A DNA stretch of 64,000 nucleotides from Flavobacteriales bacterium UBA1531 (GTDB lineage Bacteria; Bacteroidota; Bacteroidia; Flavobacteriales_D; Sanyastnellaceae), in the NCBI GenBank assembly GCA_002323795.1, contig DCPZ01000057.1, forward strand, positions 23,845 to 87,844, in the 5' to 3' direction. The notes under the pieces were generated by a model. The model was not told the DNA's origin, searched no databases, and was given only the letters and a program-made list of their open reading frames with translations. Below are positions 38,603 through 48,553 of this stretch, in pieces. Both the position numbers and the translations under genes were made by a program. Every line of letters begins with the position of its first letter. Positions within the stretch are counted from its first letter, which is position 1.

Positions 38603-39585
38603 ATTTTCGTAAAACCTTGATGTATTTAGGATTCTTAGGGATTGGCATCGTGCTCTTTTACATGGCCTTTGCCATGGTCGAGGATCGAGACGCCCTTTGG
38701 AATGACATGCGATCTGCTTCATGGATTGGATTAACCCTCTCTTTCATAATGGGTTATTTGGCCATTGTAAGCCGCGGCTTGCGTTGGGTGATTCTGCTCG
38801 ATCCATTGGGGCACAAACCTTCTCCAATTCGCACTGTGCACGCCGTAACCTTCGCGTATTTTGCCAATACATTTATCCCGAGGAGTGGTGAGTTGGCAAG
38901 GTGTGCAGCGTTGAATCAAACGGATGACATCCCAATAGATCAACTGTTTGGAACGGTGATAAGCGAGCGCGTGGTTGATTTTGCTATCCTCATTGTTTTG
39001 ACGTCCATTGCTGTAGTCGCCAATTTACCAGCATTTATGGATTTGATTGGGGGGGCAGAACTGCCTGACACCACCAATGCGATCATCGGTGGCTGCGCTT
39101 TGTTGGGTGCCCTTGGATTGGCTTGGTTCAAGCGTGAAATCCTCTTGCAATTGCCTTTTGCTCAAAAAGTATCGTCTTTCTTGAAAGGCATGTGGGAAGG
39201 CTTAAATAGCATCCGGGACATGAAACAAAAGGGGATGTTTTTGTTTCACACATTCTTCATCTGGAGCATGTACTTTTTCATGGCCTGGGTGATTTTCAAG
39301 TCCATTGGTGCAGTAGCGCCGATAACGGTTACCCAAGCATTGTTCATCATGGTTGCGGGAGGCTTCGGAATGGTGATGCCAGCTCCTGGCGGAGTGGGGG
39401 CGTATCACTGGGCGGTTATGCTTGGTTTCTCGGCATTGGGATATGCCCAAGAATTAGGTTTTGCAGTGGCCAATGTGATTTGGATTACGCAAACAGTCAT
39501 GATTGTGGTCACCGGAGGCATTGCTTATTTATCGCTGATGTGGTTTCGCATACGGAAAGACCGAGGACTTAATCAACACCAATAA
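38599..39585 (+). CDS. UPF0104 / lysylphosphatidylglycerol-synthase-TM-like (flippase-like) membrane protein, paralog 2
   Basis: Polytopic protein with [11 protein letters not shown] and [14 protein letters not shown] motifs. The ATG overlaps the panD stop (ATGA). Confidence 0.75.
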   Translation: MNFRKTLMYLGFLGIGIVLFYMAFAMVEDRDALWNDMRSASWIGLTLSFIMGYLAIVSRGLRWVILLDPLGHKPSPIRTVHAVTFAYFANTFIPRSGELARCAALNQTDDIPIDQLFGTVISERVVDFAILIVLTSIAVVANLPAFMDLIGGAELPDTTNAIIGGCALLGALGLAWFKREILLQLPFAQKVSSFLKGMWEGLNSIRDMKQKGMFLFHTFFIWSMYFFMAWVIFKSIGAVAPITVTQALFIMVAGGFGMVMPAPGGVGAYHWAVMLGFSALGYAQELGFAVANVIWITQTVMIVVTGGIAYLSLMWFRIRKDRGLNQHQ

Positions 39586-39590
39586 CCTGA

Positions 39591-40085
39591 ATGGAGCCCA
39601 TGAACTCTGAATTAGAGTCGACGCTGAAACGTTGGAGAGCGCAAGGTGAAACCATTGTGTTCACCAACGGTGTATTCGACTTGTTGCATGCAGGTCATGT
39701 CACTTATTTGCAGGGTGCGCGGCAATTGGGCCATCGCCTCGTTGTCGGTGTCAATTCGGATTCCAGTGTGCGCATGTTGGGGAAGGGGCCAGAACGCCCG
39801 ATCAACGATGAAGAATCGCGTAAATTGGTTTTGGAGGCCCTTCGTTCCGTGGATTTGGCTGTGGTTTTTTCAGCAGAAACTCCATTGGAACTGATTCGGC
39901 AGATTCGTCCAGAGGTGCTTGTCAAGGGAGGAGATTACAACCCCGAAGTGAAAGATTCGAAATCACCGACATACATCGTGGGATCGCAAGAAGTTTCAGA
40001 ATACGGAGGAAAAGTTGCCGTCATACCATTCCTTGCCGGTCATTCAACCACGGCTATGCTGCAAAAAAGCCGCCCCAAGGACTGA
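39591..40085 (+). CDS. stand-alone RfaE-domain-II-like nucleotidyltransferase (D-beta-D-heptose 1-phosphate adenylyltransferase family)
   Basis: FTNGVFDLLHAGHVTYL (HxGH), VGVNSDSSVRMLGKGPERPIN and VLVKGGDY. No kinase domain I is present. Confidence 0.8.
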   Translation: MEPMNSELESTLKRWRAQGETIVFTNGVFDLLHAGHVTYLQGARQLGHRLVVGVNSDSSVRMLGKGPERPINDEESRKLVLEALRSVDLAVVFSAETPLELIRQIRPEVLVKGGDYNPEVKDSKSPTYIVGSQEVSEYGGKVAVIPFLAGHSTTAMLQKSRPKD

Positions 40086-40096
40086 GGCGGCTTTTT
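40064..40096. terminator. bidirectional rho-independent terminator between the convergent rfaE-II-like and accC genes
   Basis: Stem aaaaagccgcc (40064-40074) pairs with ggcggcttttt (40086-40096). The 11-nt loop contains the TGA stop. The flanking A-run and T-run allow function on both strands. Confidence 0.8.
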
Positions 40097-40133
40097 AAAA
40101 AAGGATTTTCGTTTTAGCGGATTGGGATGAAGT

Positions 40134-41468
40134 TTAGACCGTCTCCTCTTCCATAAACTTCGTCGTGAAATCACCGCTTTTAAAACGTTCGTGACGCATT
40201 AACCTTTGGTGAAAGGGGATGGTGGTTCTGACACCTTCGATGACGTATTCGTCCAAGGCGCGTTGCATTTTCAAGATGGCTTCATCTCGGGTTTGAGCGA
40301 CTACGATGAGCTTCGAGATCATCGAATCGTAATAAGGAGGAATGCTATAACCCGAGTAGACGTGCGTATCGAGCCGAACTCCGTGCCCTCCTGGAGCATG
40401 GTAATCGGTGATCACTCCCGGACAAGGGGCGAAGTTTCGATCCGGATCCTCAGCGTTGATTCGGCATTGAATCGCGTGCATCTGGGGATAATAATTTTTC
40501 CCGCTGATGTTCTCACCAGCGGCCAATTTGATTTGCTCTTTGATTAAATCGTAATTGACTACCTCTTCTGTAATGGTGTGCTCTACTTGGATCCGGGTGT
40601 TCATTTCCATGAAATAGAAATCCCGGTTGGCATCCACGAGAAACTCCACCGTGCCGACGCCCTCGTACTTCACCGCTTCCGCGGCTTTGATGGCCGCTTT
40701 GCCCATCTTTTCTCGAAGTTTATCCGTCATGTATGGAGACGGCGTTTCTTCTACCAGTTTTTGATGGCGCCGTTGAATGGAACAATCGCGCTCGGACAAA
40801 TGGCACGCTTTGCCGCGTTGGTCGGCTGCAATTTGAATTTCGATGTGTCGTGGTTCAACAACGAACTTCTCCATGTACATGCCGTCGTTTCCAAATGCAG
40901 CTCCGGCTTCCCGGCGTGTGGATTCCCAGCCTTCTGCTAAACCTTCTTCGTCATGGCAGACTTGCATGCCCTTTCCTCCTCCTCCCGCTGTGGCTTTAAG
41001 CATCACGGGATAGCCGATTTTGGACGCGATTTGTGTCGCTTCTTCTAAGCTTTCGAGGATGCCTACGTTTCCAGGTATAGTCGGTACCCCAGCCTTTTTC
41101 ATGGTTGCTTTTGCCGAAGCTTTATCTCCCATGGACTCAATCATTGTTGGACTTGCTCCAATGAATTTGATGTGATTTTCAGCACAAATTCTGGAGAAGT
41201 CAGCATTCTCAGAAAGAAATCCATAGCCCGGATGGATGGCATCGGCATTTGTGATTTCAGCGGCTGCAATAATCTTGGGAATATCCAAATAGGATTCGGT
41301 GCTTCGAGGAGGGCCAATGCAGACCGCTTCGTCGGCAAAACGCACGTGCAGGCTGTCCGCATCTGCAGTGGAGTATACAGCCACTGTTTTGATGCCCATT
41401 TCTTTGCAAGTCCGGATGACGCGCAGGGCTATTTCCCCGCGGTTCGCAATCAGAATTTTCTTGAACAT
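40134..41468 (-). CDS. accC: acetyl-CoA carboxylase biotin carboxylase subunit
   Basis: [20 protein letters not shown] and an ATP-grasp pattern, 444 aa. Confidence 0.95.
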   Translation of the reverse strand: MFKKILIANRGEIALRVIRTCKEMGIKTVAVYSTADADSLHVRFADEAVCIGPPRSTESYLDIPKIIAAAEITNADAIHPGYGFLSENADFSRICAENHIKFIGASPTMIESMGDKASAKATMKKAGVPTIPGNVGILESLEEATQIASKIGYPVMLKATAGGGGKGMQVCHDEEGLAEGWESTRREAGAAFGNDGMYMEKFVVEPRHIEIQIAADQRGKACHLSERDCSIQRRHQKLVEETPSPYMTDKLREKMGKAAIKAAEAVKYEGVGTVEFLVDANRDFYFMEMNTRIQVEHTITEEVVNYDLIKEQIKLAAGENISGKNYYPQMHAIQCRINAEDPDRNFAPCPGVITDYHAPGGHGVRLDTHVYSGYSIPPYYDSMISKLIVVAQTRDEAILKMQRALDEYVIEGVRTTIPFHQRLMRHERFKSGDFTTKFMEEETV

Positions 41469-41479
41469 GGTAATGGGGT

Positions 41480-41995
41480 TCAGGCGGGATCTACCAAGAA
41501 CAACGGCTGATCGTACTCAACAGGTGAATTGTCATCCACGAGGATTTTGACGATTTTTCCTGTGACTTCCGATTCGATTTCATTGAACAACTTCATTGCT
41601 TCTATCACACAGATGGTGTCGCCCACTTTGGTGGAATCACCGACATCAACAAATGCGTCTTTGTCTGGAGCTGGTCTGCGATAAAAAGTCCCGATCATGG
41701 GCGACTTTACAGTGATGTAGTTGTTTTCCTCGGTTTCATTGGCTGCGGCCGGAGCTGGCGCTGCGTCTGCTGCTGGTGGCGAAACAGGGGCAGCTGCCAC
41801 CGGTGCAACGGGCGCTATGCCTGCCGCCATGGCCACCGGCACTTGAATTGTAGCTTCGGCTTCGCCGAGGCCCTTCTTCTTTTTCGGCATTTCAGATTTA
41901 ATGGTAATCTTGAAATCCTTCTTTTCGATTTCCACCTCAGTGACTCCCGCCTTGGCGATGAATTTGATGAGGTCTTGAATTTCGGTAATCGTCAT
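41480..41995 (-). CDS. accB: acetyl-CoA carboxylase biotin carboxyl carrier protein
   Basis: Ala/Pro linker and biotinyl-lysine motif [13 protein letters not shown]. Confidence 0.9.
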   Translation of the reverse strand: MTITEIQDLIKFIAKAGVTEVEIEKKDFKITIKSEMPKKKKGLGEAEATIQVPVAMAAGIAPVAPVAAAPVSPPAADAAPAPAAANETEENNYITVKSPMIGTFYRRPAPDKDAFVDVGDSTKVGDTICVIEAMKLFNEIESEVTGKIVKILVDDNSPVEYDQPLFLVDPA

Positions 41996-42060
41996 ATATG
42001 ACTATTTTAAAAAGCGAATTTAGGTTGGATTTTTTTGAACCACGAACCAAATGGCCATGA

Positions 42061-43047
42061 TTAGGGAGTGTCGTATGCCCATTGCAGGTATACCGCACCC
42101 CATGTGAAGCCTCCACCGAATGCTGCTAAGATAATATTGTCACCAGCTTTCAGTTTGGATTCCCAATCACGCAAGCACAGTGGAATCGTGGCTGCGGTGG
42201 TGTTTCCGTATTTCTGGATATTGATCATCACCTTTTCTGCGGGGAGCCCCATTCGGCGCTGTGTGGCATCAATGATCCTCAGATTGGCTTGGTGTGGAAC
42301 GAGCCAGGCGACATCATCTGGCGCTAAATTATTCCTTTGCATGATGTCATAGCTGACATCAGCCATTCCCTTCACGGCTGCTTTGAAGACGGGCTGGCCA
42401 TCTTGCCAGATGACATGCTCTTTATTGTCAATGGTCTCATGGGTGGGAGGGAATAGTGATCCACCGGCTTTTTGCCGAAGAAAGTTGGCCCCGTTTCCGT
42501 CCACATGAAGTTTATGATCAATGACGCCATGATCTTTGGTTGGCTCGAGTAGCACTGCTGCAGCGGCATCACCGAAAAGGATGCACGTTGTTCGGTCAGT
42601 GTAATCGATGATCGAACTCATCTTGTCAGCGCCCACAACAACGACTTTTTTATACTGGCCGCTTTCGATGAATTTGGCTCCTGTAGTCAAAGCGAAGATG
42701 AAGCCGGAACACGCGGCACTTAAGTCAAACCCCCAAGAGTTTACCGCACCCACTTTGTGGGCTATCAGATTGGCGGTTGAAGGGAAGTGCATGTCTGCAG
42801 TCACCGTGGCGACGATGATGAGGTCAATCTCTGTTGCATCAATGCCTCGTTTTTCGAGAAGGGTTTTCACAGCCTCAGCCCCCATGTCAGAGGTGGCTTT
42901 CGTCGGGTCTTTTAAAATTCGACGTTCTTCAATCCCAGTGCGGGACCGAATCCATTCGTCGTTGGTATCCACCATTTTTTCCAAATCGGCATTCGTCAGG
43001 ATATGGTCGGGCAGGTAACCTGCAACAGAAGTTATGGCAGCGCGCAT
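42061..43047 (-). CDS. fabH: beta-ketoacyl-ACP synthase III
   Basis: Active-site AACSGF, VPHQAN and GNTTAAT, 328 aa. Confidence 0.95.
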   Translation of the reverse strand: MRAAITSVAGYLPDHILTNADLEKMVDTNDEWIRSRTGIEERRILKDPTKATSDMGAEAVKTLLEKRGIDATEIDLIIVATVTADMHFPSTANLIAHKVGAVNSWGFDLSAACSGFIFALTTGAKFIESGQYKKVVVVGADKMSSIIDYTDRTTCILFGDAAAAVLLEPTKDHGVIDHKLHVDGNGANFLRQKAGGSLFPPTHETIDNKEHVIWQDGQPVFKAAVKGMADVSYDIMQRNNLAPDDVAWLVPHQANLRIIDATQRRMGLPAEKVMINIQKYGNTTAATIPLCLRDWESKLKAGDNIILAAFGGGFTWGAVYLQWAYDTP

Positions 43048-43171
43048 GACTTAATTAGCGTTGATGAGTAAAATAGCGGATAAAGATAGCCGGTGCATCC
43101 ATGCAGCGCACATGAAGTTATACTCTTTTACCCTGCTCTTTGTGGAAGAATTCTGGTCACTGAAATCACGA

Positions 43172-43198
43172 GAAAAAAAAAGAGAGCTTTATGCTCTC
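43172..43198 (-). terminator. rho-independent terminator after rpmF
   Basis: Stem gagagc (43182-43187) / gctctc (43193-43198) with a 5-nt loop. On the minus strand it is followed by a run of 10 T (A-run 43172-43181 on the plus strand). Confidence 0.65.
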
Positions 43199-43257
43199 AA
43201 TTTTTTTGACAACCGCTCGGAATGAGGGTCATTCAGGATACCAGATTTGCTAGGACG

Positions 43258-43446
43258 TTAGGCCTCAGCCTTCTCCATCACTATTTTGCCCTTGTAGTAT
43301 AGTTTTCCTTCATGCCAATGAGCACGGTGGAAGAGGTGAGGCTGTCCAGTGGTTGGGCATGCTGCAACTTGAGGAGCAGTCAATGCGTCGTGAGTTCTTC
43401 GCTTTCGCGTCCTTGCCTTGCTTTGGCGTCTTTTTGGATGTGCCAT
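43258..43446 (-). CDS. rpmF: 50S ribosomal protein L32
   Basis: [19 protein letters not shown], 62 aa. Confidence 0.9.
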   Translation of the reverse strand: MAHPKRRQSKARTRKRRTHDALTAPQVAACPTTGQPHLFHRAHWHEGKLYYKGKIVMEKAEA

Positions 43447-43452
43447 GACGGT

Positions 43453-44001
43453 TTATTTCAAATCTTTCAATGCGTTCCAACGAGGGTCTATATCAGTGTC
43501 GTCATCTTTTCCTTTTTCCTCTGACGACCCGTGAAGATCAGAGGAATTATGTTTTGAACCTGCTTTCAAGTAGTTCATGATTTCAGGATCGCATTCGTCC
43601 TGGTATTCATGAAGTCGCCTGCTCGGCAAATTCAAATGCAACCATTCAAAAACCGGCTGGCTGAGATTCAATTCGTGACACTCTGGTCCCAACGTCCAAA
43701 TTTCTTCGTCCGTGCTTGTGAGTTCACCCAATTGAACAATCAGTCTTTCAGAAAATGCCAATGCTACTTGGACGGTTTCTAGACACCGATCACAAGGGAG
43801 CTTTGCGAAGCCCTCGAATTCGGCAACGCAATCCATGCGTGAGCCCAGTTTGTCCAACGTAACAGATAATTTTCCGAAGATTTCATCGGTTTCTGCGTGG
43901 GGAAAAGATTCAAAGAACAACTGATCCACCTCCATGTTGAAGTCATGTTTTCCGGGCTTTAATCCCACGAACGCAATTCGATAGGGTGCCAAGTGATCCA
44001 T
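43453..44001 (-). CDS. YceD/DUF177 family protein
   Basis: It lies directly upstream of rpmF (the conserved yceD-rpmF pair), has a CDRC motif and an acidic C-terminus. Confidence 0.8.
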   Translation of the reverse strand: MDHLAPYRIAFVGLKPGKHDFNMEVDQLFFESFPHAETDEIFGKLSVTLDKLGSRMDCVAEFEGFAKLPCDRCLETVQVALAFSERLIVQLGELTSTDEEIWTLGPECHELNLSQPVFEWLHLNLPSRRLHEYQDECDPEIMNYLKAGSKHNSSDLHGSSEEKGKDDDTDIDPRWNALKDLK

Positions 44002-44066
44002 TTCCTCCTCATTTTGGGGACTGCAAAGGTAGTGAGAACTATCCGGTTCGACAAATGCACCTTACG

Positions 44067-45146
44067 TCAATCGCGACGGCCATCTTCGCGGCGGTACTTT
44101 TCGCTGATTTTGAGCGGGTTTGCTGTGAGTAAGCGGTGGTCTTGGCGGTTCGTTCGGATGTCACGGGCTAAGAAAATTGCAGCACGCAATGAATCACCAT
44201 TTGCCAAACCTTGACCTGCAATGTCGAATCCCGTCCCATGATCAGGACTTGTCCTTACCACGGGAAGCCCTGCGGTGAAGTTGACGCCGTTCCCAAAACT
44301 AAGTGCCTTGAATGGTGCCAAACCTTGGTCGTGGTACATCGCCAAAACACCGTCGAATTGTTTGTGAGCTCCAGACCCAAAAAATCCATCCGCGGCGTAT
44401 GGTCCCATTGCAATTTTGCCTTCGGCAGCCAATTCTCTGACCGCAGGAGCGATGACCTGCTTCTCTTCATCTCCCATCAATCCATTGTCACTGGCATGAG
44501 GGTTGAGTCCGAGTACAGCAATGCGGGGTTGGGCGATTCCGAAATCCCGCGACAAGGAGTCGTACATGAGTCTTGCTTTATCGACAATAAGTTTGGAGTC
44601 AAGGGTCGAAGCAACATCTTTCAAAGCAATGTGGCCGGTGCACATTCCGACCCTAAGGTCACCAGCAACAAGTAGCATCAATACTTCATCGACATTCGCG
44701 AAATCGGCTAAGTATTCCGTGTGTCCGGGATGGTTGAACTGTCCCATGCGCATCGCCTCCTTGTGGATGGGCAGCGTGACGAGGACATCTACTTTGGTCG
44801 AGGCGAGATCGTTGACCACTGCTTCAAGTGATTTCATTGCAAAATCTCCTGCAGCGGCGTCCACTTGTCCCCATTGAGGTTCCCAAGCGGTTTCATTGAT
44901 TGCTACAATATTCAAACGATTTGCTTCTGCTTGATCGGCACTTTCAACGACTGTCCAATCCAGTTGGGAGGCGTCGGAGACAATCTGAATCGCTGATTCA
45001 ACAAGGTTTTGAGTTGCATACAATACCGGAGTTGCCTCACGAAACATTCTATTATCAGCGAACACTTTGATCAAGGTTTCTATGCCAATCCCGTTGGGGT
45101 CGCCACAACTGAAGCCGATGCGTGTTGGGTTTTTTTTGCTAGCCAT
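44067..45146 (-). CDS. pdxA: 4-hydroxythreonine-4-phosphate dehydrogenase
   Basis: GDPNGIGIE, HPGHTE and SPDHGT. I took the start at MASKKNPTRIG. Confidence 0.9.
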   Translation of the reverse strand: MASKKNPTRIGFSCGDPNGIGIETLIKVFADNRMFREATPVLYATQNLVESAIQIVSDASQLDWTVVESADQAEANRLNIVAINETAWEPQWGQVDAAAGDFAMKSLEAVVNDLASTKVDVLVTLPIHKEAMRMGQFNHPGHTEYLADFANVDEVLMLLVAGDLRVGMCTGHIALKDVASTLDSKLIVDKARLMYDSLSRDFGIAQPRIAVLGLNPHASDNGLMGDEEKQVIAPAVRELAAEGKIAMGPYAADGFFGSGAHKQFDGVLAMYHDQGLAPFKALSFGNGVNFTAGLPVVRTSPDHGTGFDIAGQGLANGDSLRAAIFLARDIRTNRQDHRLLTANPLKISEKYRREDGRRD

Positions 45147-45198
45147 TTGCGTACGCAAAGGTAACGGATGCATTCCATGTCCTAACTTGCAAAGGAAG

Positions 45199-47931
45199 AT
45201 GGTTTTTTCAAGGATTATTTTTGCGGATTGCAGCCAAGTAGGATGCAATTTTCAGAACAAGCGCATTGTTCAAATTGCGGCTGCATTGGTCTTTCTGCTT
45301 GGAATTGGGAATCTGAATCGAGCGTTGGCTACTCACAACCGCGCAGGCGAGATCACCTACACGCATGTGAGTGGCTTGACATACGAGATCCAAATCACCA
45401 CATACACCAAGTCTACGGCCCCTGCTGACAGGCCATTTCTTTATCTTTTCTGGGGTGATGAAAATGGAGCGCTGGTAGATAGCTTGGAACGAGAGAGCGA
45501 GACACTTCTCGAAGATGAAGTGCAAATGAATCAATACCGTGGGTTGCACACGTATGGCGGTCCAGGGGTGTATGAAATTCAGGTTGAGGATCCCAACCGA
45601 AACAACGGAGTTCTCAATATTCCGGGGTCAGTTGACGTTCCATTTTCCATTAGCAGTGTGCTGGTGATTGACCCGCAAGCTGGGCACAATAGTTCGGTTC
45701 AATTGTTGAATCCCGCTCAACAAAATGCTTGTCTCTTTCAGACTTGGATTCACAACCCCGGGGCTCACGATCCCGACGGGGACCTACTGACCTACGACTT
45801 GGTGCCTTGTCGTGGTTTCAATTCCGAAGTTATCCCAGATTATTTTCCTCCTGACGAGGTGAGTCCAGGGGATGATTCTTTTACGATTGATCCGGTTTAC
45901 GGTGACGTAATTTGGGATGCTCCCGAAATTCCTGGCATTTATAACGTCGCCATGCGCATTCAAGAATGGAGAGACGTCGGAGGTACACTGGTATTGGTGG
46001 GTGAGGTTGTCCGGGATATGCAAATAACTGTTGAGATGTGCACCAATCAACCTCCAGAACTGAATGCCATCGCAGACACCTGCGTCGTGGCGGGGTCGTT
46101 CTTGTCTCTATTTGCCAACGCTACAGATCCGGATGGCGATAGCGTTGTCTTGGATGCCATAGGGGGTCCTCTCACTGAGGTCGACAACCTCGCCAACTTC
46201 ACCAACCTTGGAGCTGGTATCGGGCAATTTATCTGGTCACCTGAATGCACCGAGGTTCGAGAAACACCTTATCAAGTTGTTGTGCGTGCTGAAGACAATA
46301 GTGGCCAAGTACAGTTGATGGATTTGGAGACATTTCAGATCAAGGTTATCGCTCCCAAAGTTGAGATGGGAGAGGCTGTGCCGGTAGGGAACAGTGTCAT
46401 TTTGGATTGGAATGCAAGTCCTTGCGTGGCAGAATTGCCGGCTTGGAAAATTGAGGCGGGCAATTATCATATTTATCGAAAGCTGAACTCCTTGGAATGG
46501 TCACCTGAACCATGCGAGACCGGAGTTCCAGCGTACACGGGTTATGAATGGGTGCATAGCGTTGAGGGCCTTGATGTTACCGAATGGATTGACACATCGA
46601 CGTTATCCTTTGGTGCGACTTATTGCTACCGCGTGGTCACCGCATGGCCTGGAAGTGGACAATCTCTTGCGAGCAATGAAGTTTGTGCGACCATCCGAAA
46701 AGACATTCCGGTAATGACCCAAGCATCGGTTGAAGAAACTTCTGAGATGGGTGGAATCCATGTTGCTTGGTCTCCTCCGACCGATGCGGATACAACTGTG
46801 TTTCCTGGACCGTATTCTTATCAAGTATTTGGAGCTGTTGTTGGAGAGGAGCAAGGCGAGGAGTTGTTGTTCGAAACACCACCGCGCATCTCATTGATCA
46901 ACCCGGATACAATTTGGACGCATACACCGGTCAATTCTCTGGATACTGATTGGAACTACCGGGTTAATTGCGTCAGTGGTTCAGATCAAATCGGGATATC
47001 ATCACGTGCTTCAACTCCGTGGTTAAACATAGAATCGAATGACAATCGATTAACATTGAGCGTCACTAGCAGCGTTCCGTGGACGAACAATTTGTTCGAG
47101 TTTTACCGGAAGGATGAGTCCGGCACTTTCAACTTGATTGGAACTGCCGAAGGGCCGACATATACGGACAGTGCCCTCGTCAACAATGCAACTTACTGTT
47201 ACCGTGTGCGTGTCATTGGAGGATACGATGGGCCAGGTGTGCCATACGATTTATTGAATTGGAGTCAAGAGGCTTGTGGCATCCCCTTTGACTTTACACC
47301 ACCTTGTCCACCTGAATTTTGGTTGGATTCTGATTGCATTTCAGAGCAGAATTTGATGCAATGGCAAGATGAACCCGACTGTGCAGACGATGTGATGGCA
47401 TACCAGCTTCATTGGGCGCCTATTCTGGGTGATTCATTGATGCCGGTTGAGTTCTTTGATGACCAGATGATGGCCGAATACACCTGGAACGCAGCAGGCG
47501 AATATGGGAGCATCGCGGGTTGCTTTGCATTGTCCGCTCTAGATAGCCTGATGCCTGGCCCGGATGGTGCGCTGCGTCGCAATGAGAGTGCTCTGAGTGA
47601 TACCATCTGCGTGGACAATTGTCCTTATTATTTCTTGCCGAATGTTTTCACGCCCAATCGGGATAACGTGAACGACCTCTTTGAACCGTTCCCATGGAAG
47701 TTTATCGATGGTGTGGATGTGCGGATTTTTAATCGCAATGGCGAAGAAGTGTTTCAAACCACTGATCCCGGAATCAAATGGAATGGAATGCATCGCGAAG
47801 GCAGCATGTGCGCAGATGGATTGTATTACTTCACAGCAAAGGTCTTCACGATTAGACTCACCGGTATAGTAGAAGAGAATTTCTCAGGTGAACTTCACCT
47901 GTTGAATGGTGTTTTACCTGCAAACGATTGA
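45199..47931 (+). CDS. large secreted protein with T9SS type-B (gliding motility-associated) C-terminal sorting domain
   Basis: Signal peptide ...IAAALVFLLGIGNLNRALA followed by THNRAGEITY, several DPDGD motifs, and a C-terminus PNVFTPNRDNVNDLF...IFNRNGEEVF...WNG...DGLYYF...GELHLL that matches the CHU_C/type-B CTD pattern. Confidence 0.8.
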   Translation: MVFSRIIFADCSQVGCNFQNKRIVQIAAALVFLLGIGNLNRALATHNRAGEITYTHVSGLTYEIQITTYTKSTAPADRPFLYLFWGDENGALVDSLERESETLLEDEVQMNQYRGLHTYGGPGVYEIQVEDPNRNNGVLNIPGSVDVPFSISSVLVIDPQAGHNSSVQLLNPAQQNACLFQTWIHNPGAHDPDGDLLTYDLVPCRGFNSEVIPDYFPPDEVSPGDDSFTIDPVYGDVIWDAPEIPGIYNVAMRIQEWRDVGGTLVLVGEVVRDMQITVEMCTNQPPELNAIADTCVVAGSFLSLFANATDPDGDSVVLDAIGGPLTEVDNLANFTNLGAGIGQFIWSPECTEVRETPYQVVVRAEDNSGQVQLMDLETFQIKVIAPKVEMGEAVPVGNSVILDWNASPCVAELPAWKIEAGNYHIYRKLNSLEWSPEPCETGVPAYTGYEWVHSVEGLDVTEWIDTSTLSFGATYCYRVVTAWPGSGQSLASNEVCATIRKDIPVMTQASVEETSEMGGIHVAWSPPTDADTTVFPGPYSYQVFGAVVGEEQGEELLFETPPRISLINPDTIWTHTPVNSLDTDWNYRVNCVSGSDQIGISSRASTPWLNIESNDNRLTLSVTSSVPWTNNLFEFYRKDESGTFNLIGTAEGPTYTDSALVNNATYCYRVRVIGGYDGPGVPYDLLNWSQEACGIPFDFTPPCPPEFWLDSDCISEQNLMQWQDEPDCADDVMAYQLHWAPILGDSLMPVEFFDDQMMAEYTWNAAGEYGSIAGCFALSALDSLMPGPDGALRRNESALSDTICVDNCPYYFLPNVFTPNRDNVNDLFEPFPWKFIDGVDVRIFNRNGEEVFQTTDPGIKWNGMHREGSMCADGLYYFTAKVFTIRLTGIVEENFSGELHLLNGVLPAND

Positions 47932-47934
47932 AAC

Positions 47935-48534
47935 ATGTTCACAGGCATCATTGAAGGCATCGGAAAGGTGTTAAGAATTGAGCGAGAAGGGACGAATGTG
48001 CACTTTGAAATTCAAGCGCCTTTTACCTCTGAGTTGAAGATCGATCAAAGTGTAGCCCACAACGGCGTTTGCTTGACTGTTGTGGAAAAAAATGGACAGA
48101 GCTTTGTGGTCACGGCGATCCAAGAGACGCTAGAACGAACCAATTTGGGAAGTTGGACAGTTGGAGATTCGGTCAACTTGGAGCGCTGTACTTCGCTCGG
48201 GGGGCGCTTGGACGGGCACTTGGTGCAGGGTCATGTAGATGCCACAGCAAAATTGAAGAAAGTGGTCGATGCCAACGGCAGCTGGGAGTTGCATTTTGAA
48301 CATGAAGCATCTGCTGAGAATATCACTGTACCGAAAGGCTCGATTACAGTCAATGGGGTAAGCCTTACCGTAGTGGATTCGCATCCCGAGGGGTTTTCAG
48401 TGGCCATCATACCATACACATGGAAGCACACCAATCTCAGCGCCTTGAATTCGGGCGATCCCGTTAACTTAGAATTTGATGTGATTGGCAAGTATGTCGC
48501 CCGGATTCTTGCTCAACAAGGATTGCGCTCGTAA
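47935..48534 (+). CDS. ribE: riboflavin synthase
   Basis: MFTGIIEGIGKV and duplicated NGVCLTV / NGVSLTV barrels. Confidence 0.92.
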   Translation: MFTGIIEGIGKVLRIEREGTNVHFEIQAPFTSELKIDQSVAHNGVCLTVVEKNGQSFVVTAIQETLERTNLGSWTVGDSVNLERCTSLGGRLDGHLVQGHVDATAKLKKVVDANGSWELHFEHEASAENITVPKGSITVNGVSLTVVDSHPEGFSVAIIPYTWKHTNLSALNSGDPVNLEFDVIGKYVARILAQQGLRS

Positions 48535-48553
48535 TTACGAGGAAAGCAGCGCA

